In this document: positions 43,835-54,700 of the stretch, in pieces
How the letters are laid out: each line of letters starts with the position of its first letter
Position numbering within the stretch: the first letter of the stretch is position 1
DNA from: a phage
NCBI GenBank assembly: GCA_026110335.1
Contig: GCA_026110335.1_3055.1
Strand: one strand, 5' to 3'
Length of the DNA: 64,000 bases
Made by a program: the position numbers and the translations under genes
Notes under the pieces: generated by a model
Database searches by the model: none
What the model was told of the DNA's origin: nothing
Seen by the model: the letters and a program-made list of their open reading frames with translations, nothing else

Positions 43835-44076
43835 TAAATTTTCCTTGCTAAATCGCGAATTTGACCTACAGTATAATCTTGAATATAAACTTTATTAATA
43901 GGTTCATCAATAAATTTTGCCATAGATTCAATGTCTTTTTGTATCTCTTCAAGACTGTATACTATCTTTGAAGCTTTTTCGCGAATAGTAATATTTTCAG
44001 GACCCGGATTTTCTTCAATGACAGCTTTAACATTTGTCATAAGAGATTTAAACTGGTACCAACTCAATTCAATCAT
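43834..44076 (-). CDS. hypothetical protein (80 aa), dexA.1-like
   Basis: ORF track; weak paralogy with next ORF. Confidence 0.45.
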   Translation of the reverse strand: MIELSWYQFKSLMTNVKAVIEENPGPENITIREKASKIVYSLEEIQKDIESMAKFIDEPINKVYIQDYTVGQIRDLARKI

Positions 44077-44329
44077 TAATAATCGCCTTATAAAGATAGC
44101 TAATTTCGCCTAAAATATAATCATTGATTGTAACAGTTTTCACTTCACCACAAAAGAATTCTAACGCAATTAAATCTCGTTCAATTTCTTCTAATTGAAG
44201 CCTCAACTTACTAGATTCTATTTTTACAGTTTCACGATTTTTGCTATAAGCAATTTCATAAATTTCGCTTACTTTATCTTGAAGAAGATAAAACTGATCT
44301 TTAGTTATTTCCACGAATAGCTTCCTCAA
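44069..44329 (-). CDS. hypothetical protein (86 aa), dexA.2-like
   Basis: ORF track. Confidence 0.45.
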   Translation of the reverse strand: MRKLFVEITKDQFYLLQDKVSEIYEIAYSKNRETVKIESSKLRLQLEEIERDLIALEFFCGEVKTVTINDYILGEISYLYKAIIND

Positions 44330-44335
44330 ATTTAA

Positions 44336-45655
44336 TCATACATAAAATACATCATAACGACCACGGGTAACACCAACATAAAGAAGTTGTTGGGCCAATT
44401 CAGCATCTGCATAATGAATACAAGGCGTATAAATGAAAGCACGGTCTACAGACATGCCCTGAGCTTTATGGAATGTTGATGCAGGAAGTGCTTTCACTTT
44501 ACTGAACTGTGATTTAGCATCCCAAAAATCACTCCACGGAGCTTTTCCGCCTTTGTTCCAATTTTTATAAGTTTCTGCCGTTTTACCTAAAAATAGGTTA
44601 AACTTATATAGCTCTTCATCAGATGAAATTATTTTAATTTTTTCACGATAATATTCATCATCGCCGTAAGTTTCTACTGTTAAATCCCAATGACGAATTA
44701 AGTATTCTCCAGGAACACCACGAGCTTTAACAAACGTTGATGTATACTCTGCTTCTATAATACGAACTAACTGTCCGTTATTAAAAATAATTTCTGACAC
44801 AGGCTTTCCATCAATTTTATATGTTTTAATTAATGGTTCCTGCATTACAATAATTTCACCGACAATAAAATCTTTATCAGTTTCAAAAATCTTTTTACGA
44901 ATAATGCTATTTAACTTGTCAACAGATTTATTCGTAAATGCCATTACGCGATTTTCAAACAAATCATCTAGAGATTTGACGATTGAAAAATAATTTACCA
45001 TAAAATCACGTAAAGCGGTATCACCAGTAAATCCACGTACTCCATGCCCGTCAACAATTTTATCATAAATCCACTTACCGTTACGAACGTCAGTAGCTAC
45101 ATCAATAATAGGAGCATTACTGCGTTTAACTTCAGTGAGTTCACACTGATAAAAATCTTTGTGTGTAAAGAATGGACTGATATAAGCAGTATTTTCTCCT
45201 GGGTCAACAGGTCTAATTTGCTTATTATCGCCTATTCCAATTATAGTACACCACGGCGGGATAGTTGAAAGCAGAATTTTAAATAGCTTTCTATCATACA
45301 TTGACACTTCGTCGCAGATTAATACCCTGCATTTAGCTAAATCTGGCACTTCCTTCTGTTCAAAAAGAACGTTTTCTTCATACGTAACTGGGTTAATTTT
45401 AAGAATACTGTGAATAGTACTCGCTTCTTTCCCCGACAGTTTTGAAAGAATCTTTTTAGCTGCATGTGTAGGAGCTGCCAAAATGATACCAGTTTCACCC
45501 GTAGATATTAAAGCTTCAATGATGAACTTAGTAAGAGTAGTCTTACCGGTACCGGCAGGTCCATTAATAGTTACATGATGTTTCTTTTCTTTAATAGCCT
45601 TCATAACGATGTTAAAGGCATTTTTCTGGCCTTCTGTCAAATCATCAAATGTCAT
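44336..45655 (-). CDS. dda: Dda DNA helicase (SF1B)
   Basis: 439 aa; Walker A GPAGTGKTT; matches recalled T4 Dda. Confidence 0.93.
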   Translation of the reverse strand: MTFDDLTEGQKNAFNIVMKAIKEKKHHVTINGPAGTGKTTLTKFIIEALISTGETGIILAAPTHAAKKILSKLSGKEASTIHSILKINPVTYEENVLFEQKEVPDLAKCRVLICDEVSMYDRKLFKILLSTIPPWCTIIGIGDNKQIRPVDPGENTAYISPFFTHKDFYQCELTEVKRSNAPIIDVATDVRNGKWIYDKIVDGHGVRGFTGDTALRDFMVNYFSIVKSLDDLFENRVMAFTNKSVDKLNSIIRKKIFETDKDFIVGEIIVMQEPLIKTYKIDGKPVSEIIFNNGQLVRIIEAEYTSTFVKARGVPGEYLIRHWDLTVETYGDDEYYREKIKIISSDEELYKFNLFLGKTAETYKNWNKGGKAPWSDFWDAKSQFSKVKALPASTFHKAQGMSVDRAFIYTPCIHYADAELAQQLLYVGVTRGRYDVFYV

Positions 45656-45963
45656 CGGAAAGTCCCTGCAATTGGAATACTAACAATACGCCCAGTATCT
45701 AAAATTCGCTGATATAATCTTTGTGTCTCCGCATCTAGTTTAACGTGTTTCATTTCAAGCTTATTAAACCAGAACTTACGCGGAGTTTCGACCATTCTTA
45801 GAACTCCCATTTTTAAATCTGTTTTATACTGCGTTTTCAAAGTATCGAAAACTTTATCTGCAATATCCTTTCTAAAAAATACTGCAGGACGATGCTCATC
45901 AAGTGGAACCGGGACAGTAAATCCTTCCATATCTCGATAAACTATTGCATATACATAAACCAT
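45652..45963 (-). CDS. hypothetical protein (103 aa), dda.1-like
   Basis: ORF track; position. Confidence 0.5.
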   Translation of the reverse strand: MVYVYAIVYRDMEGFTVPVPLDEHRPAVFFRKDIADKVFDTLKTQYKTDLKMGVLRMVETPRKFWFNKLEMKHVKLDAETQRLYQRILDTGRIVSIPIAGTFR

Positions 45964-45965
45964 AA

Positions 45966-46715
45966 TTAACCTTTAATCAGTTGGAATAATGATGCGCTAA
46001 GTGGTAAGCCACGTTTCAATTTTAATTTACCAATGAAACCAATCTTTTCAAAACGTTGCAGACCTTGGATAACTTTATCATATGTTTCGAAAAGCGATTC
46101 AGCGTTAGTTAATTTAGTTTTAGTTTTCCAGTCAGAGCCTTTAAGAAGAACGTTGAGTTTAGTAAGTTCATGACCTTCTGCTTGATGTGAGCCATTAATG
46201 CGTGCTTTCAAAGCAACAATTTTAAGTTTAGATTCGTTAGATAAAGGTTGATTTTTCATCATGTTCGCCATATGCTTAACACGATTTTCACGTTTTGCTC
46301 GGATTTTTAAAATAGTGCCATAAACCTTTTTAATTTGGGCCCACTTCTTCTCGTCGAGATTAAGTTTCTCTACTTTACGGGCAGAAGGATTAGCGATACG
46401 TCTTGCAATGGCATCACGTTTCTCAATAAGTTCTTCTAATGTTAAATCAGAACGAGCCGTGTTATATTTTTTCTTAACCGGGATAACATTACCTTTAATG
46501 TAGCCGATATCGTTATTAAAACGTTCTAACGATAATTTCTCTCCTTCAATACGATTATCAAAAGGTTCTCCTGAGTAAGCGCAAACTTTCTGATCTAAAA
46601 TGTTCTTAATGTAATTGAAGTCTAAGTTAAAATCTTTAGAACGTCTTTTAGCTGATGCCTGAGTGTGCTCTAAACGACGTTTAATTTTACGAATTTGATT
46701 ATTAGACAGTTTCAT
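45966..46715 (-). CDS. srd: Srd (sigma-like host-takeover protein)
   Basis: 249 aa basic protein; position between dda.1 and modA; length matches T4 Srd. Confidence 0.6.
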   Translation of the reverse strand: MKLSNNQIRKIKRRLEHTQASAKRRSKDFNLDFNYIKNILDQKVCAYSGEPFDNRIEGEKLSLERFNNDIGYIKGNVIPVKKKYNTARSDLTLEELIEKRDAIARRIANPSARKVEKLNLDEKKWAQIKKVYGTILKIRAKRENRVKHMANMMKNQPLSNESKLKIVALKARINGSHQAEGHELTKLNVLLKGSDWKTKTKLTNAESLFETYDKVIQGLQRFEKIGFIGKLKLKRGLPLSASLFQLIKG

Positions 46716-46751
46716 ATTTTTCTCACATCTTACGGACGGTTAACTACTTAT

Positions 46752-46781
46752 ACTATAACATTTTTACTTCAGATTGTAAAC
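46752..46781 (-). promoter_or_regulatory. T4-type early promoter for srd
   Basis: GTTTAC-N18-TATAGT. Confidence 0.55.
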
Positions 46782-46838
46782 AACTTTATGTAAAAATGCT
46801 TTAAAAATTTCATGGTATAATGAATCTAAGTCCTTCCA

Positions 46839-47441
46839 TTATAGATTAAATCCTTCAAAATCAAGAGTATAGATAGTATATGTTGAATACTTTTTGTACT
46901 CATATCTATCTGCAATTCTAAATACACTTCCAGCTGGTATCATTACTTCTTGTTCATCTGAAACTAATTCCATATTACGATAACGATGGCTATCCGGAAA
47001 CTTAAAGTTTGGATTGTATTCTTTACAGCGTAGAGCTTTTATAGCATACTCCTGGAAATTGAATACCATGGGAGCTTTGAATTCAAAAATAACTTGTGTG
47101 TTATACTCTAAACCGGAAGCAAAATGTAGAGCTATGTTTTTATCATATGAAGCTGATACGACTTTATCAAATGTAATAATATCAATTCCTTGATTTAACA
47201 CCTGCTTAGTCTCAGCTGGAACACCTCTCCAAAGAGGTTTATCGTTTGGAACCAAACGAGATTTGATTATTTCATTTAACCAAGTATGGTCATCTGGTTT
47301 GTTGGTAATACAATGAATTAAAAGTTCAATTTCAGATAAATTAAACCCTTCAGAAAGTAATTCTTCACGAATAGAAGCACGCACCGATGCATCCATTGAT
47401 TTTATTTTAAAATCTTTTAGTTGCATTACTGAGTATTTCAT
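46839..47441 (-). CDS. modA: ADP-ribosyltransferase (assigned modA by length and position)
   Basis: 200 aa; paralog of adjacent ORF; position next to srd; modA/modB assignment could be swapped. Confidence 0.65.
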   Translation of the reverse strand: MKYSVMQLKDFKIKSMDASVRASIREELLSEGFNLSEIELLIHCITNKPDDHTWLNEIIKSRLVPNDKPLWRGVPAETKQVLNQGIDIITFDKVVSASYDKNIALHFASGLEYNTQVIFEFKAPMVFNFQEYAIKALRCKEYNPNFKFPDSHRYRNMELVSDEQEVMIPAGSVFRIADRYEYKKYSTYTIYTLDFEGFNL

Positions 47442-48061
47442 TCAACTACCTCAATATCATAAACTTTAAATGTTCCAAATGAATCGTGTAATTTTTCTTT
47501 TGAAATAGAAGTTATTTTATACTTTCCAATTGGAATCATCCATTCTTGTTCACACACAATCATCATTAAGTTATCAGTACGCTCTGAATCTAGCCCATCA
47601 GTATCTTCATACGTGTACTTGAACTCAGTATTAGGAGAAGAAAGTATAATATCGCTGATATGGTCAGAATAATTAAAAGCTTTATCAGTTTTTAAGCGAA
47701 ATATTATTTCAGTGGAATATTCAACATAAGAAAAACCACATGCTGTGTGCAAACTAGTAGTAAATGAATCTACTCTGTTCGTTGAAAACACTTCTCCAAC
47801 TTGTAAATCTTTAATAAGTTCTTCTGTTGATTTTGATATACCACGATATAACTGATAAGGCGATTTAGTTAAATGCTTTTTAATGATTTTATTCAATTGC
47901 CGATGAAGAGCTTCATTCTTTTTAGCTTCCATACATTGCCAAAGAACAGACTGCTCAAAGTCAGTAAATTTTTCACAGACCTTTTTATACATATCATATT
48001 GAAAATCAACGCTTTCAGCTTTTATAGATAACTGTTCAACATCTGCAAGATTAATAATCAT
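47438..48061 (-). CDS. modB: ADP-ribosyltransferase (assigned modB by length and position)
   Basis: 207 aa; paralogous to 46839..47441; overlapping start/stop. Confidence 0.65.
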   Translation of the reverse strand: MIINLADVEQLSIKAESVDFQYDMYKKVCEKFTDFEQSVLWQCMEAKKNEALHRQLNKIIKKHLTKSPYQLYRGISKSTEELIKDLQVGEVFSTNRVDSFTTSLHTACGFSYVEYSTEIIFRLKTDKAFNYSDHISDIILSSPNTEFKYTYEDTDGLDSERTDNLMMIVCEQEWMIPIGKYKITSISKEKLHDSFGTFKVYDIEVVE

Positions 48062-48087
48062 GATAGCCTCCGTATACTTCAGAAGCT

Positions 48088-48117
48088 ATCATATCATCGT
48101 TAGAAAGGAAAGTAAAC
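48088..48117 (-). promoter_or_regulatory. T4-type early promoter upstream of the mod genes
   Basis: GTTTAC-N18-TATGAT. Confidence 0.5.
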
Positions 48118-48128
48118 AACTTTTTGAA

Positions 48129-48311
48129 TTATTTTGCCCAGGGAGCCCAAGGCGGAGGGTCAAGATGGTATGAAGCTAGTTCTTCTAGAAGAGCATCTGG
48201 GGCTTCAATTCCATAATTCTGTAATACTATACGGTACTCTTTCTTATAATCACTAGAATCATTCTGGATATTCGTAGAATGATTATCTTCTAACATCTCA
48301 AATAAATCCAT
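48129..48311 (-). CDS. hypothetical protein (60 aa)
   Basis: ORF track. Confidence 0.4.
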   Translation of the reverse strand: MDLFEMLEDNHSTNIQNDSSDYKKEYRIVLQNYGIEAPDALLEELASYHLDPPPWAPWAK

Positions 48312-48319
48312 ATTAATTC

Positions 48320-48790
48320 CTAGCGATAAAAACCAAAGTGACGATTAGCTTCAACAATCTTTCTTTCTTCTTCAGACATTCTCCAGCGTAGTCCAACATC
48401 AAAATGAGCCCAGACCATCCTAACAAATGCATTTATATCTTTAATATCTTCAATAATGAATGTTTTACTTTTAGAAGGTTGACTCGCTAATTTAACTTTA
48501 TCGTCTTCAAACATGTCAAAAAGACCATATTCATGAGCTCTTTTATAGCCTTTAATAGTTAAAGCTTCAGAAGAAGAAAACGGTGAATCAGTATTCTGCA
48601 AAATATCTTCAGTATGCTTTATAATTAGAATAACATTTTCTGGATATTTTCTTTCTTTTATATCTTTAATTAAAATATCCGGATTTTCTGCTAAAGGAAT
48701 AATTAACGAGCATTTTTTATCAAGTGTATTTACTGATTTACCTTCTTTAGACATAAATTCTATTGAATAATGTTTTGCTACTTCAATCAT
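48320..48790 (-). CDS. hypothetical protein (156 aa)
   Basis: ORF track. Confidence 0.5.
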   Translation of the reverse strand: MIEVAKHYSIEFMSKEGKSVNTLDKKCSLIIPLAENPDILIKDIKERKYPENVILIIKHTEDILQNTDSPFSSSEALTIKGYKRAHEYGLFDMFEDDKVKLASQPSKSKTFIIEDIKDINAFVRMVWAHFDVGLRWRMSEEERKIVEANRHFGFYR

Positions 48791-48943
48791 GTGATTTCCT
48801 TTTGCCTACTAATGGACCGTCAGGAATTTTGTTTTCCTGGATATATTTCTCATTTTCTTCCATCATTTTACTGCCAATTTTAAGAAGCAAATCCATTGCT
48901 TCATTTGCTTTAGCTTTAGCCTCTTCTAACGTCATATCTCTGT

Positions 48944-49147
48944 TCACGATTTATCCCCATAGATGTCTCTCATCAATTTAAGCGCTGAGCGTTCTAGTTT
49001 CTTTTCTTTCTCAGCACTAATCATTGATTTCATCCATTCTTCCGATTCGTTCTGAATTTCTTTATTTGCTTGTTCAACCCAACCATCATCAATATACATT
49101 GAGTTTGGTCTACTAAACCATTCAAGAATCTTCTTGAGAACTTTCAT
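48944..49147 (-). CDS. hypothetical protein (67 aa)
   Basis: ORF track. Confidence 0.4.
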   Translation of the reverse strand: MKVLKKILEWFSRPNSMYIDDGWVEQANKEIQNESEEWMKSMISAEKEKKLERSALKLMRDIYGDKS

Positions 49148-49619
49148 TTGTTTTACCTAAAACAATAGTAGGAGCATCGTCAAATTCATGAATTTTTAGC
49201 AATTTTGGATTTAAATTATTCCATACATAATAAATAAAGTATGATAAAGCATCTTCACTCGCAATTATAAATTTATTTCCTTTATCTATTTTCCAGTCAT
49301 ATACTGAATCGTACGAATAAAAAGATAAAGGGTTATCATTATATTGTTCTGCGCTAACATTAATGTATTCGGATTTAGTAAATGCTTCAATTGCTCTAAA
49401 CGGACTATTTGACACAGTTTCAATAATTCCGATCTTTTTAAGTTTTATTTCAGCATCTTCTGGAACTGGCATTGAAACGAAATTTTCTACGAGATACATA
49501 GGGTTACGATAACCCTTATCAATCATTACGGCTACAGTAATTGGAACATCTTTAGCAAACGACATGCTATTACTGCTAATATACATTTCAAACAAAATCG
49601 CTTCCATAATTTTCCTCAA
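49122..49619 (-). CDS. hypothetical protein (165 aa)
   Basis: ORF track; position near mrh of T4 but not verified. Confidence 0.45.
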   Translation of the reverse strand: MRKIMEAILFEMYISSNSMSFAKDVPITVAVMIDKGYRNPMYLVENFVSMPVPEDAEIKLKKIGIIETVSNSPFRAIEAFTKSEYINVSAEQYNDNPLSFYSYDSVYDWKIDKGNKFIIASEDALSYFIYYVWNNLNPKLLKIHEFDDAPTIVLGKTNESSQEDS

Positions 49620-49957
49620 TCACAAGATGTAGATGAACAGCTAGAATCACAAGAACTTCCACATGAATCGCCCGTCCATACATGAACAGGAACATTAGTG
49701 TCATATGAATCAGAACTAGACTGTATATTCTGCGTATTAGATGATGTAGTAGGTGGTGACCAGCGCCAAGGATTTTTATAATATTCTTGGGCTTCTTCAT
49801 AAGTCATAGTAACTGCTTCTACTGTTCCATCTCCCATATAAACATACTCAACTACAGTTAAAGGAAGGTAGTCATTTGAAATAGGAACTACACCTTCTCC
49901 GGGAGTTGTAGAGAAAAAATCCGTAAAGAAACTTTTAAACCAATTAAAGATAAACAT
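49616..49957 (-). CDS. hypothetical protein (113 aa) with Cys/Ser-rich C-terminal tail
   Basis: Ends ...[18 protein letters not shown]. Confidence 0.45.
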   Translation of the reverse strand: MFIFNWFKSFFTDFFSTTPGEGVVPISNDYLPLTVVEYVYMGDGTVEAVTMTYEEAQEYYKNPWRWSPPTTSSNTQNIQSSSDSYDTNVPVHVWTGDSCGSSCDSSCSSTSCD

Positions 49958-50163
49958 TACAAAAAGCCTCTTTTGAATTCGACTTGCTTTTCACCATAAT
50001 CATATCGAATCTCTGCATTAAATTCGACAGAACCATCTGCGTACATCATAAATGAATGCACAACAACTTCTGTGGACCATGGTTGTAGTTCATATTTCTT
50101 CATTACATGCCGTGAAATGATAATATCTAAATCTTCATTCGGTTTAATCCAACGATTTAACAT
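49957..50163 (-). CDS. hypothetical protein (68 aa)
   Basis: ORF track; preceded by early promoter. Confidence 0.45.
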   Translation of the reverse strand: MLNRWIKPNEDLDIIISRHVMKKYELQPWSTEVVVHSFMMYADGSVEFNAEIRYDYGEKQVEFKRGFL

Positions 50164-50189
50164 AGTGCTCTCCTCTATAAGATAATTCT

Positions 50190-50219
50190 ATTATACCATA
50201 CTCATTTTGGAAAGTAAAC
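50190..50219 (-). promoter_or_regulatory. T4-type early promoter
   Basis: GTTTAC-N18-TATAAT. Confidence 0.6.
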
Positions 50220-50232
50220 CATTTAAATGAAA

Positions 50233-50258
50233 AAAGGACTCCCGAAGGAGTCCTTGAA
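50233..50258 (-). terminator. intrinsic terminator downstream of soc
   Basis: AAGGACTCC-ttcg-GGAGTCCTT hairpin followed by T-run on minus strand. Confidence 0.6.
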
Positions 50259-50261
50259 TTA

Positions 50262-50498
50262 TTAACCACCTATTGCTGTAGGCGTAAACATTGCAGCATT
50301 CTTAGTTTTCCAAGTTGCTGCATCGGAAACTACATCAGAATAAGCTGCTTTTTCTGACGGAAAGATTTGATAATGAGAATCTGCAATACGATGCTCGTTA
50401 GAATAGATTTCAAATGGAACAGAAACTTCCATACCTTTAACTTCTTTGCCTTCACCCGCTGGATGAGTAAAGGTCTTGATGTTAACGAAACCACCCAT
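50262..50498 (-). CDS. soc: small outer capsid protein
   Basis: 78 aa; VNIKTF...HYQIFPSEKAAYS resembles recalled T4 Soc; own late promoter. Confidence 0.75.
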   Translation of the reverse strand: MGGFVNIKTFTHPAGEGKEVKGMEVSVPFEIYSNEHRIADSHYQIFPSEKAAYSDVVSDAATWKTKNAAMFTPTAIGG

Positions 50499-50530
50499 AA
50501 TAAACTCCTTTATTGTTTAATTACAGGTGT

Positions 50531-50538
50531 ATTTATAT
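50531..50538 (-). promoter_or_regulatory. late promoter (TATAAATA) for soc
   Basis: Exact TATAAATA on minus strand about 30 nt upstream of soc ATG. Confidence 0.6.
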
Positions 50539-50540
50539 CA

Positions 50541-51059
50541 TCAATAACCTCGGTCTTGACGAGCGAAGTTTTCAGCATTTTTCAGATAATAAAGTTTAAA
50601 GATTTCTTCAGCTGACATTCCAAGAGCAATGAATTTATTCATGAAAAAGTGAAATTGGTCAATTAGTTCAAATTTAATTTCAAGCTGATCTTCAGGAGAT
50701 AAATCTTGAATTTTCTTGGATTGCATTTCAGAATAACGTTTCTTCCAAGGTTTCCATACAGCAGAAGCTTCTTTTTCGCCATTACTCATACCGCCAAGAG
50801 AAGTATATAACTCGCGAGTTTCGTCTGCGATATAATCGTCTTGGTTTCGCAACCAAGCAAGAACTTCTCCTGCAGTTTCAAGTGAATCGGGATGACGATT
50901 TGTTTCTGGTTTATCATTAGCCAAACGAATCTGTAAATGCCGCTGCATATCAAGCATAACCTGCAGTGGGTCAATATTGTGCATAATATTCTCAGCATAT
51001 GCACGATTTGCTTTATCAACACCTTCGATCAAATGAGCACATTCATTAAAGTGAGCCAT
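50541..51059 (-). CDS. 56: dCTP pyrophosphatase (dCTPase/dUTPase) gp56
   Basis: 172 aa from MAHFNECAH; MazG-like; position between soc and dam. Confidence 0.8.
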   Translation of the reverse strand: MAHFNECAHLIEGVDKANRAYAENIMHNIDPLQVMLDMQRHLQIRLANDKPETNRHPDSLETAGEVLAWLRNQDDYIADETRELYTSLGGMSNGEKEASAVWKPWKKRYSEMQSKKIQDLSPEDQLEIKFELIDQFHFFMNKFIALGMSAEEIFKLYYLKNAENFARQDRGY

Positions 51060-51119
51060 TATTTTTCCTTTCAATTCATCAATAAGTTAAATAATTATAT
51101 CATTTGAATATGTAAGCAA

Positions 51120-51908
<789 letters not shown>

Positions 51909-52010
51909 TCATTTATTGCAGCAAAAAACGAATTATACAATTCTTCATCATATGTATTTGATAGTAATACTAACACGTTTTGCGATAAATATTAATTTAA
52001 AGGAGGACAT

Positions 52011-52211
52011 ATGGTACAAAAATTAATGGCACTTGTTAATGCCATAAAAGGTAATAAGAAACGTATAGCTTTTACTATTTCTGCTATGATAGGAATTTTA
52101 CTTTGGAATTTTGTTTTATCGCCAGTTGCTATTGCTCATGGCGTTAGTATTCCAGTAGTTACTCTTGATACATTCGTAGATTTAGCATTTGCTTTAGTTG
52201 GGTTAATTTAA
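52011..52211 (+). CDS. small membrane protein (66 aa), plus strand, convergent with gene 61
   Basis: Strong RBS AGGAGG 5 nt before ATG; two hydrophobic segments; stop overlaps gene 61 stop. Confidence 0.5.
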   Translation: MVQKLMALVNAIKGNKKRIAFTISAMIGILLWNFVLSPVAIAHGVSIPVVTLDTFVDLAFALVGLI

Positions 52212-53236
52212 ATCTTAGCATATTTAGATAGCCGCATTTTAGCCATCAACCCCTGGGCAATATTATTTTTCATATATTCCATAATTTGTTCAGGGGTTGC
52301 ACCTTCCTTTCTAATCATATCATTAACATCTTTTGATTTCCAGGGAGATTTATCCCAAAACATAACCCTTTCTCCTGCATCAACTAATTTAGTCATTCGC
52401 TTAATAGTGTCAGGGTGACGAGGTTCATTATCTAAAACCCACACTCGTTTATCTTTAAATGGAACAACTTCTAGGTCTAATTGACCACCCGTAATAGCTA
52501 TACCATTTTCAATAAAAAGTGAATCTATAGGTCCTTCTAGAACATATACATCACCATCTTTAACTCGTTCAACCCCGTAAATTTTTGTTGCCTCAGGATA
52601 AGCTTTGATGGTGATATATTTTTGGGGAGCATCTTTCTTTAATGCACGCCCTTGAAACGACTCGGCTTTTCCATTAGCATTATAAATTGGAATAACAAGA
52701 CGAGGCTCAGGTATTTCCTTTTTATATGTTCCCGGTGCTATGCTATTAACTAATTTAGGCCATTCAGTTGTAAACCAAAGATATTTCCATTTATCCTTTG
52801 GAATACAACGAGCTTTTATATATTTTATAATTGCATGGTCTTCCGCCAGTTTATCTAATCTAACACATGACGGAAGAGATTTAATTATTTTCTTCTCAGG
52901 TTGTTTAGGAAGTTCTTTAGGTTTTTCTACTGGACGACTTTTACATTTTTCTTTTCTTATTTCAAAGATATACTCACGATATAAATCAGGTTCAAACTCC
53001 TTTAAATATATTCCGATTGGTGCATGATAGTTACAGTTATAACAATGAATATTTCCTTCATTATTATCGCCGTAATACCATCCACGGGCTTTATTTTGGT
53101 CGGTTTTTGAATCTCCACAGACAGGGCATCTAAACCGTAATTTAAAAGTTGAACTATTATTTACTTGTGTGAATTTAGGTAAATGAGCTAATGCACGATA
53201 CGCAAACTCATTATCAATCCAAGGTATTGATGACAT
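52208..53236 (-). CDS. 61: DNA primase gp61
   Basis: 342 aa; N-terminal zinc ribbon CPVCGDS...CYNCNYH and TOPRIM region; matches recalled T4 gp61. Confidence 0.93.
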   Translation of the reverse strand: MSSIPWIDNEFAYRALAHLPKFTQVNNSSTFKLRFRCPVCGDSKTDQNKARGWYYGDNNEGNIHCYNCNYHAPIGIYLKEFEPDLYREYIFEIRKEKCKSRPVEKPKELPKQPEKKIIKSLPSCVRLDKLAEDHAIIKYIKARCIPKDKWKYLWFTTEWPKLVNSIAPGTYKKEIPEPRLVIPIYNANGKAESFQGRALKKDAPQKYITIKAYPEATKIYGVERVKDGDVYVLEGPIDSLFIENGIAITGGQLDLEVVPFKDKRVWVLDNEPRHPDTIKRMTKLVDAGERVMFWDKSPWKSKDVNDMIRKEGATPEQIMEYMKNNIAQGLMAKMRLSKYAKI

Positions 53237-53239
53237 TCT

Positions 53240-53404
53240 TTACTCTTCTTTTTCTTTAGATTCCTCTTTTTTCTTTTTAGGAATCTGTTCAGGACCTTTA
53301 TTTACTACAGCGCCTGACGTTGTTCCAGTAGAGATATTTTCAGGATTACAACCTGAATCTCCAGCTACCATATCTTCTTTGATAAATTCTTTATATGTTT
53401 TCAT
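53240..53404 (-). CDS. hypothetical small protein (about 54 aa), 61.1-like
   Basis: Hand-translated MKTYKEFIKEDMVAGDSGCNPENISTGTTSGAVVNKGPEQIPKKKKEESKEKEE. Confidence 0.35.
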   Translation of the reverse strand: MKTYKEFIKEDMVAGDSGCNPENISTGTTSGAVVNKGPEQIPKKKKEESKEKEE

Positions 53405-53405
53405 A

Positions 53406-54032
53406 TTAACCTCTATTCATAAAAGCATTAAAAATTTGGTCATCAATAGAAACATTTACTTTAGACTGTTTTTCAGATGGCAATTCATATCCACATATTA
53501 CAATTTTATGATCAATATCAAAATACACAGAAGCAATATGATTAATGATATTTTCAGTGAAGTCTAAATCAACATCAATGTCTTTTTGACCAAAACCCAA
53601 AGGATAAATAATGCGAGTAATTCGATTATCTTTAACAAAGATTCCACCGACATACTCTGTGCTGCGTTTAAAGTCTACACGCCGACGAAATGAAAAATAT
53701 TCAGGCTCTTTATGAGCTCGGCTCATAGGGCACAACGAATAACTAGAATAAGAGATGTCAAATCCTACGCCTTCAATATGAACTAAATTGTCATGATTAA
53801 ACCAATTATAATCATATGCCAAGTCCATTAGATTGTCATATGTGAAAGGCACCGGATTAACATCATTGGTCACAAGCATATAATTAGCAACTGCTATAAT
53901 TTCATTATTTTTAACGAAAACAAACCGTGATTGATGCGAATGACCTGGACCTGTGTTTTCACGATTAATGATATAACACTGGGCACCTTTATATTTGTAC
54001 GTGTCTTTACACTTGTGCATTTGATAAAGCAT
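53406..54032 (-). CDS. hypothetical protein (208 aa), 61.2-like
   Basis: ORF track; coupled to sp. Confidence 0.5.
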   Translation of the reverse strand: MLYQMHKCKDTYKYKGAQCYIINRENTGPGHSHQSRFVFVKNNEIIAVANYMLVTNDVNPVPFTYDNLMDLAYDYNWFNHDNLVHIEGVGFDISYSSYSLCPMSRAHKEPEYFSFRRRVDFKRSTEYVGGIFVKDNRITRIIYPLGFGQKDIDVDLDFTENIINHIASVYFDIDHKIVICGYELPSEKQSKVNVSIDDQIFNAFMNRG

Positions 54033-54325
54033 TATTCACCTACCACTTCAGCGATGATATTTTTATTATTGAAGTTTTTATCACAATACAGAACATAATT
54101 ATACTGCATTACACCGCCAGACTTAAGCTGTTTTTGCACTTCAGCTTTCATTTCAGGACGATCGCGCTCAACGATATTCATAATATCCGCTTCAATTTGA
54201 GTTTCAACCTCAGTCTGATCTGCAGTCATAGACCATTCGCACAAATCTTTATCATAATCTGCCATAGCAGGCTGAGCAGCGCAAGAAGCTAAAGCAAAAA
54301 TTGTAGCAAAGATAAATTTTTTCAT
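54032..54325 (-). CDS. sp: Spackle periplasmic protein (superinfection exclusion)
   Basis: 97 aa with cleavable signal peptide (MKKFIFATIFALASCAAQPAMA); position in 61.x cluster. Confidence 0.7.
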   Translation of the reverse strand: MKKFIFATIFALASCAAQPAMADYDKDLCEWSMTADQTEVETQIEADIMNIVERDRPEMKAEVQKQLKSGGVMQYNYVLYCDKNFNNKNIIAEVVGE

Positions 54326-54353
54326 GATAATCTCCTCAGTAGTTTATGTTTAT

Positions 54354-54383
54354 ATAGTATCTCAATTTCTAACAAAAGTAAAC
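54354..54383 (-). promoter_or_regulatory. T4-type early promoter
   Basis: GTTTAC-N18-TACTAT. Confidence 0.55.
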
Positions 54384-54637
54384 TATTTTATTTCCTCAAG
54401 TTCGTTAATCAATAAAAGTTCTCTGACGCTAAAAACAAAGAAAAATGTGTTCCCATCAACCAGAGCATGACCGCTAATAGAACACCCTCTGCGGAATTTA
54501 GAAACTTCACAATCTAGAACTGTAAAGGGTTTTAATCCTATGACTTTAGCTGTGCGTCTATTCAGTTCACAACCACTTGCGAATTTTTCCAAATCTTCTT
54601 CTGATTTAAACTGATATTCTCTATTAACTAGCATCAT
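54383..54637 (-). CDS. hypothetical protein (84 aa), 61.4-like
   Basis: ORF track. Confidence 0.45.
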   Translation of the reverse strand: MMLVNREYQFKSEEDLEKFASGCELNRRTAKVIGLKPFTVLDCEVSKFRRGCSISGHALVDGNTFFFVFSVRELLLINELEEIK

Positions 54638-54668
54638 TTTCTTTTCTCCACGATTAGCTGATAGAATT

Positions 54669-54698
54669 ACTATAACACAACTCTATCAGCTTGTAAAC
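54669..54698 (-). promoter_or_regulatory. T4-type early promoter
   Basis: GTTTAC-N18-TATAGT. Confidence 0.55.
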
Positions 54699-54700
54699 TA

